The translations under genes and the position numbers were made by a program. DNA of 32,000 nt. Origin: Planctomycetota bacterium (GTDB lineage: Bacteria; Planctomycetota; Brocadiia; Brocadiales; Scalinduaceae). Within the stretch, counting starts at the first letter, position 1. Every line of letters starts with the position of its first letter. Location of the stretch: the NCBI GenBank assembly GCA_022570935.1, contig JACZYU010000005.1, forward strand, positions 4,891-36,890, read 5' to 3'. The notes under the pieces are model-generated. The model worked only from the letters and a program-made list of their open reading frames with translations, was not told where the DNA came from and searched no databases. Positions 23,176 to 32,000 of this stretch are shown here, one piece after another.

Positions 23176-23612
23176 TTTATTACTTATCTTCCTTCATATT
23201 ATAAAATTTTCCACTTAAGACTATGTCAAAGTCCTGAAAGAGTTGGATAGGTATTCGTAATCCGTTATATTGTATGGATATAATAGCTTTTCAATATTTT
23301 TTCACAAGTGAATTTACTTTCTTTGACAAATTTATAGATGCGTTGTCCCATTTTCTTATGAACAATTGGAGAATTCCATTTACAAGCATACTTTGTCAGA
23401 TATAATAACCAATCATATTTGTATCGGTGATCAACAAGAATATTCAGGATTTCATTCGCAATTTCACCTTAAGACAAATCCGAACCCGAACGAGTCGGAA
23501 TTATAATATTGAGGAATTTAGGGATTAAGGAATTCCCCAATTCTCAGATTCTTAAATTTTTTTACAAAATTGGTCAAAATATTTTTGTTAAAAGATTAAT
23601 AAAAGGAGTGAC

Positions 23613-23864
23613 ATGTCAACAGAAGAGCCGTCAATAGAAGAAAAACTAAAAGAGATAGTTATTAAACAATTTGGGGAAGGCGAGAAAACGGTTACGCTTG
23701 AATCATCTTTTGTAAACGATTTGGGAGCAGACTCACTTGATATAGTAGAACTTGTTATGGAATTAGAAGACGAATTTGATGTGAGTATACCTGACGAAGA
23801 TGCAGAGAAAATGCAAACCGTTGGTGATGCTGTAAAGTATATTAATGAACATACACAAAAATAA
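23613..23864 (+). CDS. acpP: Acyl carrier protein
   Basis: 83-aa ORF with AAAGGAG upstream of the ATG. The phosphopantetheine attachment motif is [21 protein letters not shown]. Confidence 0.9.
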   Translation: MSTEEPSIEEKLKEIVIKQFGEGEKTVTLESSFVNDLGADSLDIVELVMELEDEFDVSIPDEDAEKMQTVGDAVKYINEHTQK

Positions 23865-24061
23865 TGATACAGAGAAATAGTTGTCCAAACTTCAATCACG
23901 GCCGTGCTAATGTCCCGGTGCGTGCCTGTCCGATGTGTGGTGAGGTGGTAAATGGAGCTATACCAATTAAAAATTGCAGCGAAGAGGAACACGCAAAAAG
24001 ACGGAAAGATAGAAACAAGTATTGTATAGATTGTGGCAAGCAACTTATCGAAGGGATATGA
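23864..24061 (+). CDS. Small zinc-ribbon protein translationally coupled to acpP
   Basis: 65-aa ORF whose ATG shares one base with the acpP TAA (TAATG at 23862-23866). It has two CxxC pairs (CPMC and CIDC) plus two further Cys. Confidence 0.45.
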   Translation: MIQRNSCPNFNHGRANVPVRACPMCGEVVNGAIPIKNCSEEEHAKRRKDRNKYCIDCGKQLIEGI

Positions 24062-24449
24062 CAGTACTATACCGTTTCATTAAAATGTTTACTTTCCTGT
24101 ATATGGTCGCCATCCATCTGGGCGGACGTAAAATCGATGAAACAACGGAGATTTCCCAAAGGAGAATGTGTTTATAGAGACAAGAATAAATACTATTTGA
24201 AGAATTTGCGTATTTTTGATACAATTCTCACTCAATTAGCAGTTGTTTCTATTATATTTGGCAGGGAATTTAAGCTTCAGTATGTTTAAAGACAGGTTTT
24301 TCATTTGCGTGGTAATCTGCAGATAGCCATAAACATACTCATAAATATAACAATCTTATCGAGACTTCTAAAACATGGGGAAAGCTATGACCATTTTTTT
24401 AAGTAGATATAAACATTTTTTGTAAAAGAAAAAGGAGGAGGTTTGAGAT

Positions 24450-25589
24450 ATGAAGGAAAAAATCAGGATAGCTATTGTTGGTGTGGGGAATTGTGCCAGT
24501 TCATTGATTCAGGGAATTGAGTATTATAAGGATAATAATGATATTATTGGCCTGATGAATTATGACCTTGAGGGTTATAAACCAGGTGATATCGAAGTTG
24601 TTGCGGCTTTTGATGTTGACAAAAGGAAAGTCGGGAAAAATGTAAATGAAGCAATATTTGCAAAACCAAATAATACAACGATCTTCGAAAAGGATATTGA
24701 AAATAATGGTACTATTGTCAAGATGGGAAAGATTCTCGATGGCATATCAGACCATATGAAGGTTTTTCCTGAAGATAGAGCATTTATACCTTCTGATGAA
24801 GAGCCTTGTGATGTAGTTAAAGAATTAAGAGATAGCAATACAGAGATATTGTTGAATTACTTACCGGTTGGTTCAGAAGATGCGACAAAATTTTATGCAG
24901 AATGTTGTTTAGAAGCGGGAGTTGCGTTTATAAATAACATACCGGTATTTATAGCATCTGATGAAAAATGGGCGCAAAAATTCAGGGACAAAGGATTGCC
25001 TATTATAGGTGATGACATCAAGGCACAGCTTGGCGCCACAATAACCCATAGAACACTGACAAGGCTTTTTAGAGACCGTGGAGTAAAACTTGACAGGACA
25101 TATCAGTTAAATACAGGTGGAAACACTGATTTTTCCAACATGCTTAATAAAAACCGACTTAGATCTAAAAAAATCTCAAAAACTGAAGCTGTCCAATCTC
25201 AATTAGAAACACCACTTGAAGCAGAAAACATTCATATAGGCCCCAGTGATTATGTGCCCTGGCAAAATGACAATAAGATATGCTTTTTAAGGATGGAAGG
25301 CAGAATGTTTGGGAATGTTCCTATGAATCTAGAATTAAGATTGTCTGTTGAAGATTCACCCAATAGCGCTGGAGTTGCCATAGATGCCGTCAGGTGCTGC
25401 AAACTCGCACTTGACAGGAAGATTAGTGGGCCATTAATTGCCATCTCAGCCTTTACAATGAAACATCCCCCGGTCCAATATGCTGATACTGTGGCAAAGG
25501 AGATGGTAAGGATATTCATCCGTGGACGCGAAAATGGTGAAGAGATTAATAATGTCTTGAATCGTGAGGAAAATGTACCATTGAAGTAG
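24450..25589 (+). CDS. myo-Inositol-1-phosphate (inositol-3-phosphate) synthase, short archaeal/bacterial type
   Basis: 379-aa ORF with a strong SD (AAAGGAGGAG). It has the N-terminal Rossmann motif KIRIAIVGVGNCASSLIQGIEYYK and a conserved core ...NYLPVGSE...GDDIKAQLGATITHR...SKKISKTEAV... Confidence 0.85.
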   Translation: MKEKIRIAIVGVGNCASSLIQGIEYYKDNNDIIGLMNYDLEGYKPGDIEVVAAFDVDKRKVGKNVNEAIFAKPNNTTIFEKDIENNGTIVKMGKILDGISDHMKVFPEDRAFIPSDEEPCDVVKELRDSNTEILLNYLPVGSEDATKFYAECCLEAGVAFINNIPVFIASDEKWAQKFRDKGLPIIGDDIKAQLGATITHRTLTRLFRDRGVKLDRTYQLNTGGNTDFSNMLNKNRLRSKKISKTEAVQSQLETPLEAENIHIGPSDYVPWQNDNKICFLRMEGRMFGNVPMNLELRLSVEDSPNSAGVAIDAVRCCKLALDRKISGPLIAISAFTMKHPPVQYADTVAKEMVRIFIRGRENGEEINNVLNREENVPLK

Positions 25590-25889
25590 TTTCAGGAGGA
25601 TATTAGAACGTCATTTTTACCCGCCATAAAGCACGTCGGGCAAGCACGCTGGTTTTTGTGGCCAGCCAAGTCACATCAGGCAGGCTGAACCATTCGCTTT
25701 GCTTTATTCTTAGTTCTTCAGTATTTGTCAACCTGAGTTGCCGGAAAGTAACTCAGGCTGGCATCATGTCACCGCAAGATAAACTTCTCGAAAAATCTCT
25801 AACGAGTAAGATACACAATTCGTTTGGAGAGTTGTATGTAGTCAAAAAATGTGCAATTCTTAGATCAAATTTATCAAGAGGGAATAGTG

Positions 25890-27947
25890 ATGAAATGTTT
25901 AATCATTGCCGCCGGGCAAGGCACCCGGCTTAAAACAAAAGGTGAAGTTAAGCCGCTGGTTCCGTTGCTTGGTGTGCCGTTGATCGAGCGTGTTATCCGT
26001 ACTGCCATGCAAAGCGGAGTGTGGGAATTTTATGTAGTTACGGGATACCAGGGAGAAAAAGTCGGCAGCTTTTTAAAACAGCTTGCCAAACGCTTAAATA
26101 TCGCTGTCACCATCATCCATAATGAGGATTGGGAAAAAGAAAACGGCGTTTCCGTTTTAAAGGCAAAGGATGCCATGACGGAACCTTTTTTATTATTAAT
26201 GGCAGATCATCTTTTTGATACGGCTATTATCCGGTCATTACAGGAGCAGACGCTTAACGAAGGCGAGGTTCTATTGGCGGTGGATACTGATAAAAACAAT
26301 CCGCTGGTTGATATAGAGGATGTCACCAAGGTTCGTATCAAAAACGGGCACATCCTCAATATCGGTAAAACCATTGACGATTTCAACGGTTTTGATACCG
26401 GTTTTTTTCTTTGTACGCCGGCAATATTTGAAGCGTTGGAACGTGCCTGTAAAATTCACAACGATACGACTTTGTCTGCTGCAATACGGGTTTTAGCAGA
26501 GGACAAACACGCAAAATCAGTACAAACAGAGGGATTCTGGATTGATGTTGATGATGAGAAAGCATTTAAAAAAGCAGAGAAGCTATTGTGTGACAAACTT
26601 ATAAAACCGGCAGATGGTTTTATTTCCCGATATATAAATCGGAAATTTTCTATCAGGATTTTCACGCCACTATTTCTCAAAATATATAGAGGAATCACTC
26701 CTAATCAGGTTTCAATACTGAGCTTTGTTGTAGGACTTGTAAGCAGTTTATATTTCTTTCTGGGCCACGCTGTTATAGGGGCTTTATTAATACAACTATC
26801 AAGTATTTTAGATGGTTGTGACGGTGAAATAGCACGGCTCAAGCATATGCAATCCTCATTTGGGGATTTCCTGGATGCGATTCTTGATCGCTATGCCGAT
26901 AGTTTCATTCTAGCAGGGATTTTCTATTACTCATTAACTGAAATAGGAAGTAAAGAGATATTCGGAATTTATTGCAGCCCTTTATTTATTATTGGTATCT
27001 TTGTATTGGCTATTTTAGGAAATTTGATGGTTAGTTATTCCACTGCAAAGTCAGTAGCTAATTTTGGTTACCGATATACAAGAAAATGGATTGCCGCAGG
27101 AAAAGGCAGAGACTTGAGACTGTTTTTGCTTTTCATTGGTGGAATATTAACATACTTTCATCCGGTTTTTGCATTTCTTGCCTTGTTTATTATAGCCATT
27201 CAGACTAATACAATTGTAGTGTGGAGAACGTTCTTATCGTGGCATTATTTTTTATATAAGGACTCTCTTATAAAAAATAAGGTCAAAGCTGTGATTTTCG
27301 ATTTTGATGGAACAATTGCTAATACAATGCCTTTCTTGACAGAATTGGCTGTAAAACTTATGACAGAGACATATGATATTTCTAAACACGAAGCTGAAAA
27401 AAGATATTTAGAAACTACAGGATTAGCTTTTGAAAATCAGATTGAGTTGATTTTTCCAAATCATCCAAACAACCATGAAGTGGTAACTACATTCGAATCG
27501 AGGAAATTAGAAGGTGTTTTTACTCATCCTATCTTTTCTGAAGTCATACCCACTCTTAAATATTTTAAAAATAAGGGAATTAAAACTTTTATATGCAGCA
27601 GCACAAAACAGGAAATTATAGCAAAATACGCCAGATTAAACAAAATTGATGATTTGGTAGATGGTCTCTTTGGTTATAAATCAGATTTTGGAAAAGGTGA
27701 CCAGATCGATTTCGTTCTTCAACATTATAAATTGCAACCTGATGAAGTGATGTTTATTGGAGATTCTTTAAAAGATTATGATTTTGCAAAGGATAAAAAA
27801 GTAGACTTTATAGGACTTTCCAGAATTTTTGAAAAAATAGAATTCCAGAAAAAAGGGCTATTAAGTGTTAGTTGTTTGACTGATCTAATAAAACTTTTCG
27901 ATCAATCAGAAAAATATTTTGATTCTTTCGAAAAAGTAAAGCTGTGA
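25890..27947 (+). CDS. Three-domain fusion: inositol-1-phosphate cytidylyltransferase-like NTP-transferase + CDP-alcohol phosphotransferase (DIPP-synthase-like) + HAD phosphatase
   Basis: The ORF-track start GTG 25851 is less likely than ATG 25890, which follows GAGGGA. The N-terminal domain reads MKCLIIAAGQGTRL (nucleotidyltransferase G-loop). The multi-TM middle carries an exact CDP-OH-P-transferase motif DGCDGEIAR-x8-G-x3-D-x3-D (26811-26888). The C-terminal HAD fold has motif I FDFDGT (27300-27314) and GDSLKD. Confidence 0.8.
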   Translation: MKCLIIAAGQGTRLKTKGEVKPLVPLLGVPLIERVIRTAMQSGVWEFYVVTGYQGEKVGSFLKQLAKRLNIAVTIIHNEDWEKENGVSVLKAKDAMTEPFLLLMADHLFDTAIIRSLQEQTLNEGEVLLAVDTDKNNPLVDIEDVTKVRIKNGHILNIGKTIDDFNGFDTGFFLCTPAIFEALERACKIHNDTTLSAAIRVLAEDKHAKSVQTEGFWIDVDDEKAFKKAEKLLCDKLIKPADGFISRYINRKFSIRIFTPLFLKIYRGITPNQVSILSFVVGLVSSLYFFLGHAVIGALLIQLSSILDGCDGEIARLKHMQSSFGDFLDAILDRYADSFILAGIFYYSLTEIGSKEIFGIYCSPLFIIGIFVLAILGNLMVSYSTAKSVANFGYRYTRKWIAAGKGRDLRLFLLFIGGILTYFHPVFAFLALFIIAIQTNTIVVWRTFLSWHYFLYKDSLIKNKVKAVIFDFDGTIANTMPFLTELAVKLMTETYDISKHEAEKRYLETTGLAFENQIELIFPNHPNNHEVVTTFESRKLEGVFTHPIFSEVIPTLKYFKNKGIKTFICSSTKQEIIAKYARLNKIDDLVDGLFGYKSDFGKGDQIDFVLQHYKLQPDEVMFIGDSLKDYDFAKDKKVDFIGLSRIFEKIEFQKKGLLSVSCLTDLIKLFDQSEKYFDSFEKVKL

Positions 27948-28804
27948 GCAAAGAATATTTATTGCTGATGAAACAGATTGCCTTCAGGGGAGGGGAAATC
28001 GCCCTCAAACTTATCAGGAAAAGTAGTTTCTCTCTGAAACCGGACAACTCTGTCCTGACAAAGGTGGACACAGAAATATCAGCAATTGCACGAAGCGTCC
28101 TAAAAGATATATTGGCAAAACCAGATCATATATTGATTGATGAGGAAGATATAGAAAACACCAGATATCTTGATCAATCATACCTTGAAGCCACACGTTT
28201 TATCTGGGTATTAGACCCAATTGACGGAACAAGGGCATTTTCGAACCGTATGCCTAATTTTGGTATATCGATAGGTTTACTGAAAGACTTGAAACCCTGG
28301 CTTGGAGTGATCTATTTCCCAATGCTTGGTGAACTATTTTATTCTGAAGGAAAACAATCCATCTTCGTCCAGAATGCTTTCACAAAATCTAAAATAAAAA
28401 CAGTCATCACCCCAATTGACCAGCAGATAACAAGCCAATCCATATTTATCTGCAATGATTCTTTTTCTGAGAAGTTCGATTGGGATTATTCTGATTGCCA
28501 ATTAATGAATCCTGCCTGTGCGGTTTTAGGTTTATGCTGGCCATCTATTGGCCGGGGATGCGGCGCTTTTTTTGGCGCTCATATTTGGGATTTTGCAGGC
28601 TCCTGGCCAATTTTTTTGTCAGCAGATTTGAGTCTTCGTTCATATCAAACTGGCAATGAAATGAGTCAATTAGATATTGGACTATTTTTCGGGAAAAGTA
28701 AAAATCCCTGGAGATTGAGAGAGTGGTACATCCTTTCCTCTGAACGAAACTTCTCATTACTCAGAGAAAAAATAATACCCAAATATCAAAAGCAAGAAGG
28801 TTGA
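27944..28804 (+). CDS. Inositol monophosphatase (IMPase/SuhB) family phosphatase
   Basis: 286-aa ORF whose GTG overlaps the upstream TGA (GTGA 27944-27947). Family motifs are KPDNSVLTKVDTEIS, LIDEED, WVLDPIDGT (28205-28231) and WDFAGS. Confidence 0.8.
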   Translation: MSKEYLLLMKQIAFRGGEIALKLIRKSSFSLKPDNSVLTKVDTEISAIARSVLKDILAKPDHILIDEEDIENTRYLDQSYLEATRFIWVLDPIDGTRAFSNRMPNFGISIGLLKDLKPWLGVIYFPMLGELFYSEGKQSIFVQNAFTKSKIKTVITPIDQQITSQSIFICNDSFSEKFDWDYSDCQLMNPACAVLGLCWPSIGRGCGAFFGAHIWDFAGSWPIFLSADLSLRSYQTGNEMSQLDIGLFFGKSKNPWRLREWYILSSERNFSLLREKIIPKYQKQEG

Positions 28805-28810
28805 GTATAC

Positions 28811-29653
28811 ATGAAAACACCGGAATTTCCCAAAATAATCGCACATCGAGGACATTTGACGGATTCACTTGAAAATTCAGTAGACTCCATTAAGAAAGTT
28901 TTAAAATTTGCGCCTGACTATATAGAAATAGATATTGGAGTTACCAAAGATAATAAAATAATCTTACTTCACGATTCTACTCTGGAGCGAACAACAAATG
29001 GAAGGGGATGGGTCCGGGACAAAACTCTTAAAGAGATCAGGGAATTAAGGTTAAAATATCCTGGAGGGAAAATTACTTCAGAGAGAGTACCTACTTTAGA
29101 AGAGGTATTGGAGATAATGAGTAAACAGAGTACAAATTTGCAAGTAGATGCAAAATATTATGATAGTGATATAATCGTTGAAACAGTGGTTCAAATAATA
29201 AAAAGCAACCATAATATAGAAAAAACTATTATCACCTCAACAAACCTTAATTTTCTTAAAAAAGTCCACAAATTAGACTTAAATGTTCGGCTAGGGTATG
29301 ATCCGCAAGATATGTATGATACTAAATTGATAAACAATTTAAAAAACATGTATAAAACCTATACTGATTTTAGCCCTATAACTTTTGAAGAGATGGGAGA
29401 CGAATTTCTTTCTCATATTATTTTACGGTCTAAAGAAATTAATGCAGAAGCAGTTTGTATTGATTATAAGTTGATATTACAAAGACAAAAAGAACTTAAT
29501 TTGATTGAGAGATTTCATAGAAATGGTATAGAGGTTGACGCCTGGACAGTTAATAAAGAAGATGAAATACAGTTACTGATTAATCTCGGCGTTGATTGGA
29601 TTACAACCGATCGAATTGACTTATTAATACATTTAAGGAAAAAAGTTTCGTAG
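28811..29653 (+). CDS. Glycerophosphodiester phosphodiesterase (GDPD) family protein
   Basis: 280-aa ORF starting 6 nt after the upstream stop. GDPD motifs are IIAHRG...ENS, YIEIDIGVTKDNKIILLHDSTLERTTNGRG and a C-terminal WITTD. Confidence 0.8.
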   Translation: MKTPEFPKIIAHRGHLTDSLENSVDSIKKVLKFAPDYIEIDIGVTKDNKIILLHDSTLERTTNGRGWVRDKTLKEIRELRLKYPGGKITSERVPTLEEVLEIMSKQSTNLQVDAKYYDSDIIVETVVQIIKSNHNIEKTIITSTNLNFLKKVHKLDLNVRLGYDPQDMYDTKLINNLKNMYKTYTDFSPITFEEMGDEFLSHIILRSKEINAEAVCIDYKLILQRQKELNLIERFHRNGIEVDAWTVNKEDEIQLLINLGVDWITTDRIDLLIHLRKKVS

Positions 29654-29709
29654 CACAATACTGATGAATCATATATGTCAGAATTATTGCAGGCAAGGGA
29701 GGAAAATAT

Positions 29710-32000
29710 ATGGTTAGCAAAACTTTCGTCGGTAGAAAAGCTGAGTTAAAAAAACTGGAAGAATATCTCACCGGTGTTCTTCAAAATAAGAAAGGGAATG
29801 TAACATTTATCACAGGTGAAACAGGGAGCGGGAGAACAACACTAGTTGAGAAGTTCCGAGACAATGCATTAGCCAAGGAATATAATATGAGATATGCATA
29901 TACCCGATGTGACGAACGCACGGGCACAGGCAACCCTTACGCTGCATTTGATGCTTTGGTTAGGCAGTTGTTAACTAAGGGGAAAAGTAAAAAATTTGCT
30001 CTCAAATTTATGGAAGATTTAGGAGCAGATTGGCTGTCAGCTATTCCTGCATTTGGAGGTCTTGCGAGTGCGGTGTTGAAAACGGCTGTGTGGGGCAAGA
30101 AAAATGTTACCCCTGAAAATATTGATCAGAGTACGATGTTTCAACGGTATACCAAAATTCTGCAAAACACATCAGAAAAAAATCCCTTATTACTTATTAT
30201 CGACGATTTGCAATGGTGTGATGATTCAAGTTGCGGTTTGCTTTCTCATCTTGCAAGAAATATCGATGAATATCCAATTTTTATTATAGGTATATACCGT
30301 CCATCTGAAATTGAAGCTACATCACATCCAATGAAACAAATTAGAGCAGAAATGGATAGATATAAAATCTGCAATGAACTCCGCTTAGGAAGATTAAGTA
30401 AAGAGGAATTAATTGAATACCTAAACGCCGAATTTCCCAACAACAAGTTTGAAGCTCCGATTATTGATGTTCTTTATGATAAAACTGATGGTCATCCATT
30501 ATTTATTGTAGAAGTAATGAACCTGTTGAAAGAACAAAAAGTAATTATTCACGAAAATAATATTTGGAAACTTAGTCAAAATATTAATGATATTGATATC
30601 CCAACTAGCGTTATTGGGGTTGTCAATAAAAGGATTGAGCTTCTAAAAAATGAAAGTAGACGCATTCTAAGATATGCCTCAATTCAAGGCGAAACATTTA
30701 CATCTATTACCCTTTCAAAACTTCTTGATTGGCAAGAGCTTCCATTACTAGAGGAACTGAATGTTTTAGTAAAAATCCATAAGCTCATAGAAGAGTTGGA
30801 ATCAGAAGACCTAATAAGAAAAAAAGAAGGAGGATATGAATTCATTCATTACTTTGTTCATAAATCATTTTATGATGATTTAGGCAAAAGGGAAAAGGAG
30901 CTTCTACATAAAAAGATAGGAGAGATTTTAGAAGAACTATATAAAGATGATATTTATGAGCTGGCTGTTGATTTAGCAATACATTTTGAAAAGGGGCTGG
31001 TATATGATAAGGCAATAGATTACAGGTTGAAAAGTGCTATAAAAGCGAATGATATTCATAGCTGTACCGAGGCAATAGCGCATTGTAACAAGGCGCTATC
31101 CTTATTAGAAAAAACAAAAGATGAAATCAAAGAAAATATAAAGAAGAAAACAGAACTTCTATTTGAGCTTGGAAGAGGAGAGGAATTTATTGGCGAATGG
31201 GATAAAGCAATTGAGCATTATACAGAAGCGAAGAAACTTGCTGAAAAAACTGACACTGAAATTTACATAAGTGAGGGCTTTCTAAGAATAGGAAGAATCT
31301 TGCGGAAAAGGGGTGAATATAGTGATTCGATCAATAATCTGGAGAAATCTTCAAAAATTAAGGATAAAATCAATGATGGAAGAGGATTGGCAGAGACCTT
31401 GTCAGAATTGGGATATATTTATTCCCGCCAGGGAAAATTTACAGATGCATTTTCGAAACTGCAAGATTGTTTAACGATAAACGAAAAACACAGTGATTAT
31501 ATAGGAATGGCGAGGACGTTAAGGACAATTGCTTTTATTTATCGGAGACAACACAAGTTTCCAGAAGCTCATAAAGAGCTCAGCGCAAGTGCAAAATATT
31601 GTGTTAAGGCAAATAGTGTTCAAGAAAAAGCTGAAACATTAAGAGAAATGGCCATTATTTATGGCGAACAGGGTGATCATGAGAAAGAATTATCAGTTTG
31701 TGATGAGATTTTACAAATAGATGAAAATCTTGGCAATATCATCGGAAAAATCAATACTCTTGAACGCCAGTCATGGGCAAATCGGCTTTTAGGGAACTTA
31801 TCCAAAGCCGTTGCAATTTCTGAAGAACGTTTAGAAATAGCAAAAAAGACCTGTAATCTTCATGAGATAGCGGAAGCGCTGCAAGGCGTTGCGTTACTTT
31901 ATAGAGATATTGGCAAGTGGGAAGAATCGATTGATTATTGTAAAGAGTATATTAAAATCGCTAAAACGCTGGGGGCGGTTCCAAAACATACTATTTACAA
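29710..32000 (+). CDS. STAND-type (AAA_16-like) NTPase with C-terminal TPR array, partial (3' end beyond the window)
   Basis: The frame is open from ATG 29710 (GGGAGGA upstream) to the window end, and is absent from the ORF track because it has no stop in the window. The P-loop is GETGSGRTT (29815-29841). Walker B reads LLLIIDDLQWCDDSS. From about codon 430 on there are repeated TPR-like units (for example AIEHYTEAKKLAEK, LAETLSELGYIYSRQGKF). Confidence 0.8.
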   Translation, partial: MVSKTFVGRKAELKKLEEYLTGVLQNKKGNVTFITGETGSGRTTLVEKFRDNALAKEYNMRYAYTRCDERTGTGNPYAAFDALVRQLLTKGKSKKFALKFMEDLGADWLSAIPAFGGLASAVLKTAVWGKKNVTPENIDQSTMFQRYTKILQNTSEKNPLLLIIDDLQWCDDSSCGLLSHLARNIDEYPIFIIGIYRPSEIEATSHPMKQIRAEMDRYKICNELRLGRLSKEELIEYLNAEFPNNKFEAPIIDVLYDKTDGHPLFIVEVMNLLKEQKVIIHENNIWKLSQNINDIDIPTSVIGVVNKRIELLKNESRRILRYASIQGETFTSITLSKLLDWQELPLLEELNVLVKIHKLIEELESEDLIRKKEGGYEFIHYFVHKSFYDDLGKREKELLHKKIGEILEELYKDDIYELAVDLAIHFEKGLVYDKAIDYRLKSAIKANDIHSCTEAIAHCNKALSLLEKTKDEIKENIKKKTELLFELGRGEEFIGEWDKAIEHYTEAKKLAEKTDTEIYISEGFLRIGRILRKRGEYSDSINNLEKSSKIKDKINDGRGLAETLSELGYIYSRQGKFTDAFSKLQDCLTINEKHSDYIGMARTLRTIAFIYRRQHKFPEAHKELSASAKYCVKANSVQEKAETLREMAIIYGEQGDHEKELSVCDEILQIDENLGNIIGKINTLERQSWANRLLGNLSKAVAISEERLEIAKKTCNLHEIAEALQGVALLYRDIGKWEESIDYCKEYIKIAKTLGAVPKHTIY

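Noticed and set aside
23268-23468. 67-codon open minus-strand frame (GEIANEILNILVDHRYKYDWLLYLTKYACKWNSPIVHKKMGQRIYKFVKE...) in the spacer upstream of acpP
   Set aside because: It looks protein-like and may be a gene remnant. However, it is bounded by a stop immediately upstream, has only an internal ATG giving about 30 aa, and I cannot assign a family. The evidence is too weak to call a feature.
23588-24043. 151-aa minus-strand ORF overlapping acpP and the zinc-ribbon ORF
   Set aside because: It is antisense to an unmistakable ACP (DSLD motif, good SD). Its own translation is Ser/Ile-rich and low-complexity, with no start context.

Overview
AT-rich bacterial chromosomal window, mostly single-copy housekeeping and envelope genes separated by unusually repeat-rich spacers. 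The many TPR proteins and modular intergenic repeats would suit a planctomycete or anammox-like genome, but that cannot be shown from this sequence alone. Two coding regions run off the window edges and are missing from the ORF track: mutS (1-1579, minus) and a STAND-type ATPase/TPR protein (29710-32000, plus). There are four main points of interest. (1) A compact plus-strand operon (24450-29653) encodes a complete CDP-inositol / di-myo-inositol-phosphate-type pathway. It includes an unusual three-domain fusion (cytidylyltransferase + CDP-alcohol phosphotransferase + HAD phosphatase), an IMPase-family enzyme and a glycerophosphodiesterase. (2) Two paralogous secreted FMN_bind + ApbE fusion proteins lie about 10 kb apart. 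The second has lost the ApbE Mg/FAD-site signature and sits in a porin / TlpA-like / Fur-like / PepSY-like neighbourhood. (3) A TonB2-style energy-transduction locus (DUF3450-like, coiled-coil stub, exbD, tonB, TPR) carries five independent lesions. These are an in-frame amber codon, a frameshift in a G4 run, a missing ExbB channel with a damaged exbD 5' end, a repeat-filled exbD-tonB spacer, and an IS insertion that splits the TPR gene. The split gene reading frame is restored exactly when the IS and one TCATGA copy are removed. (4) Several families of short modular repeats and odd symmetric arrays occupy the spacers, and they account for most of the spurious ORFs in the track. No rRNA, tRNA or CRISPR array was found.
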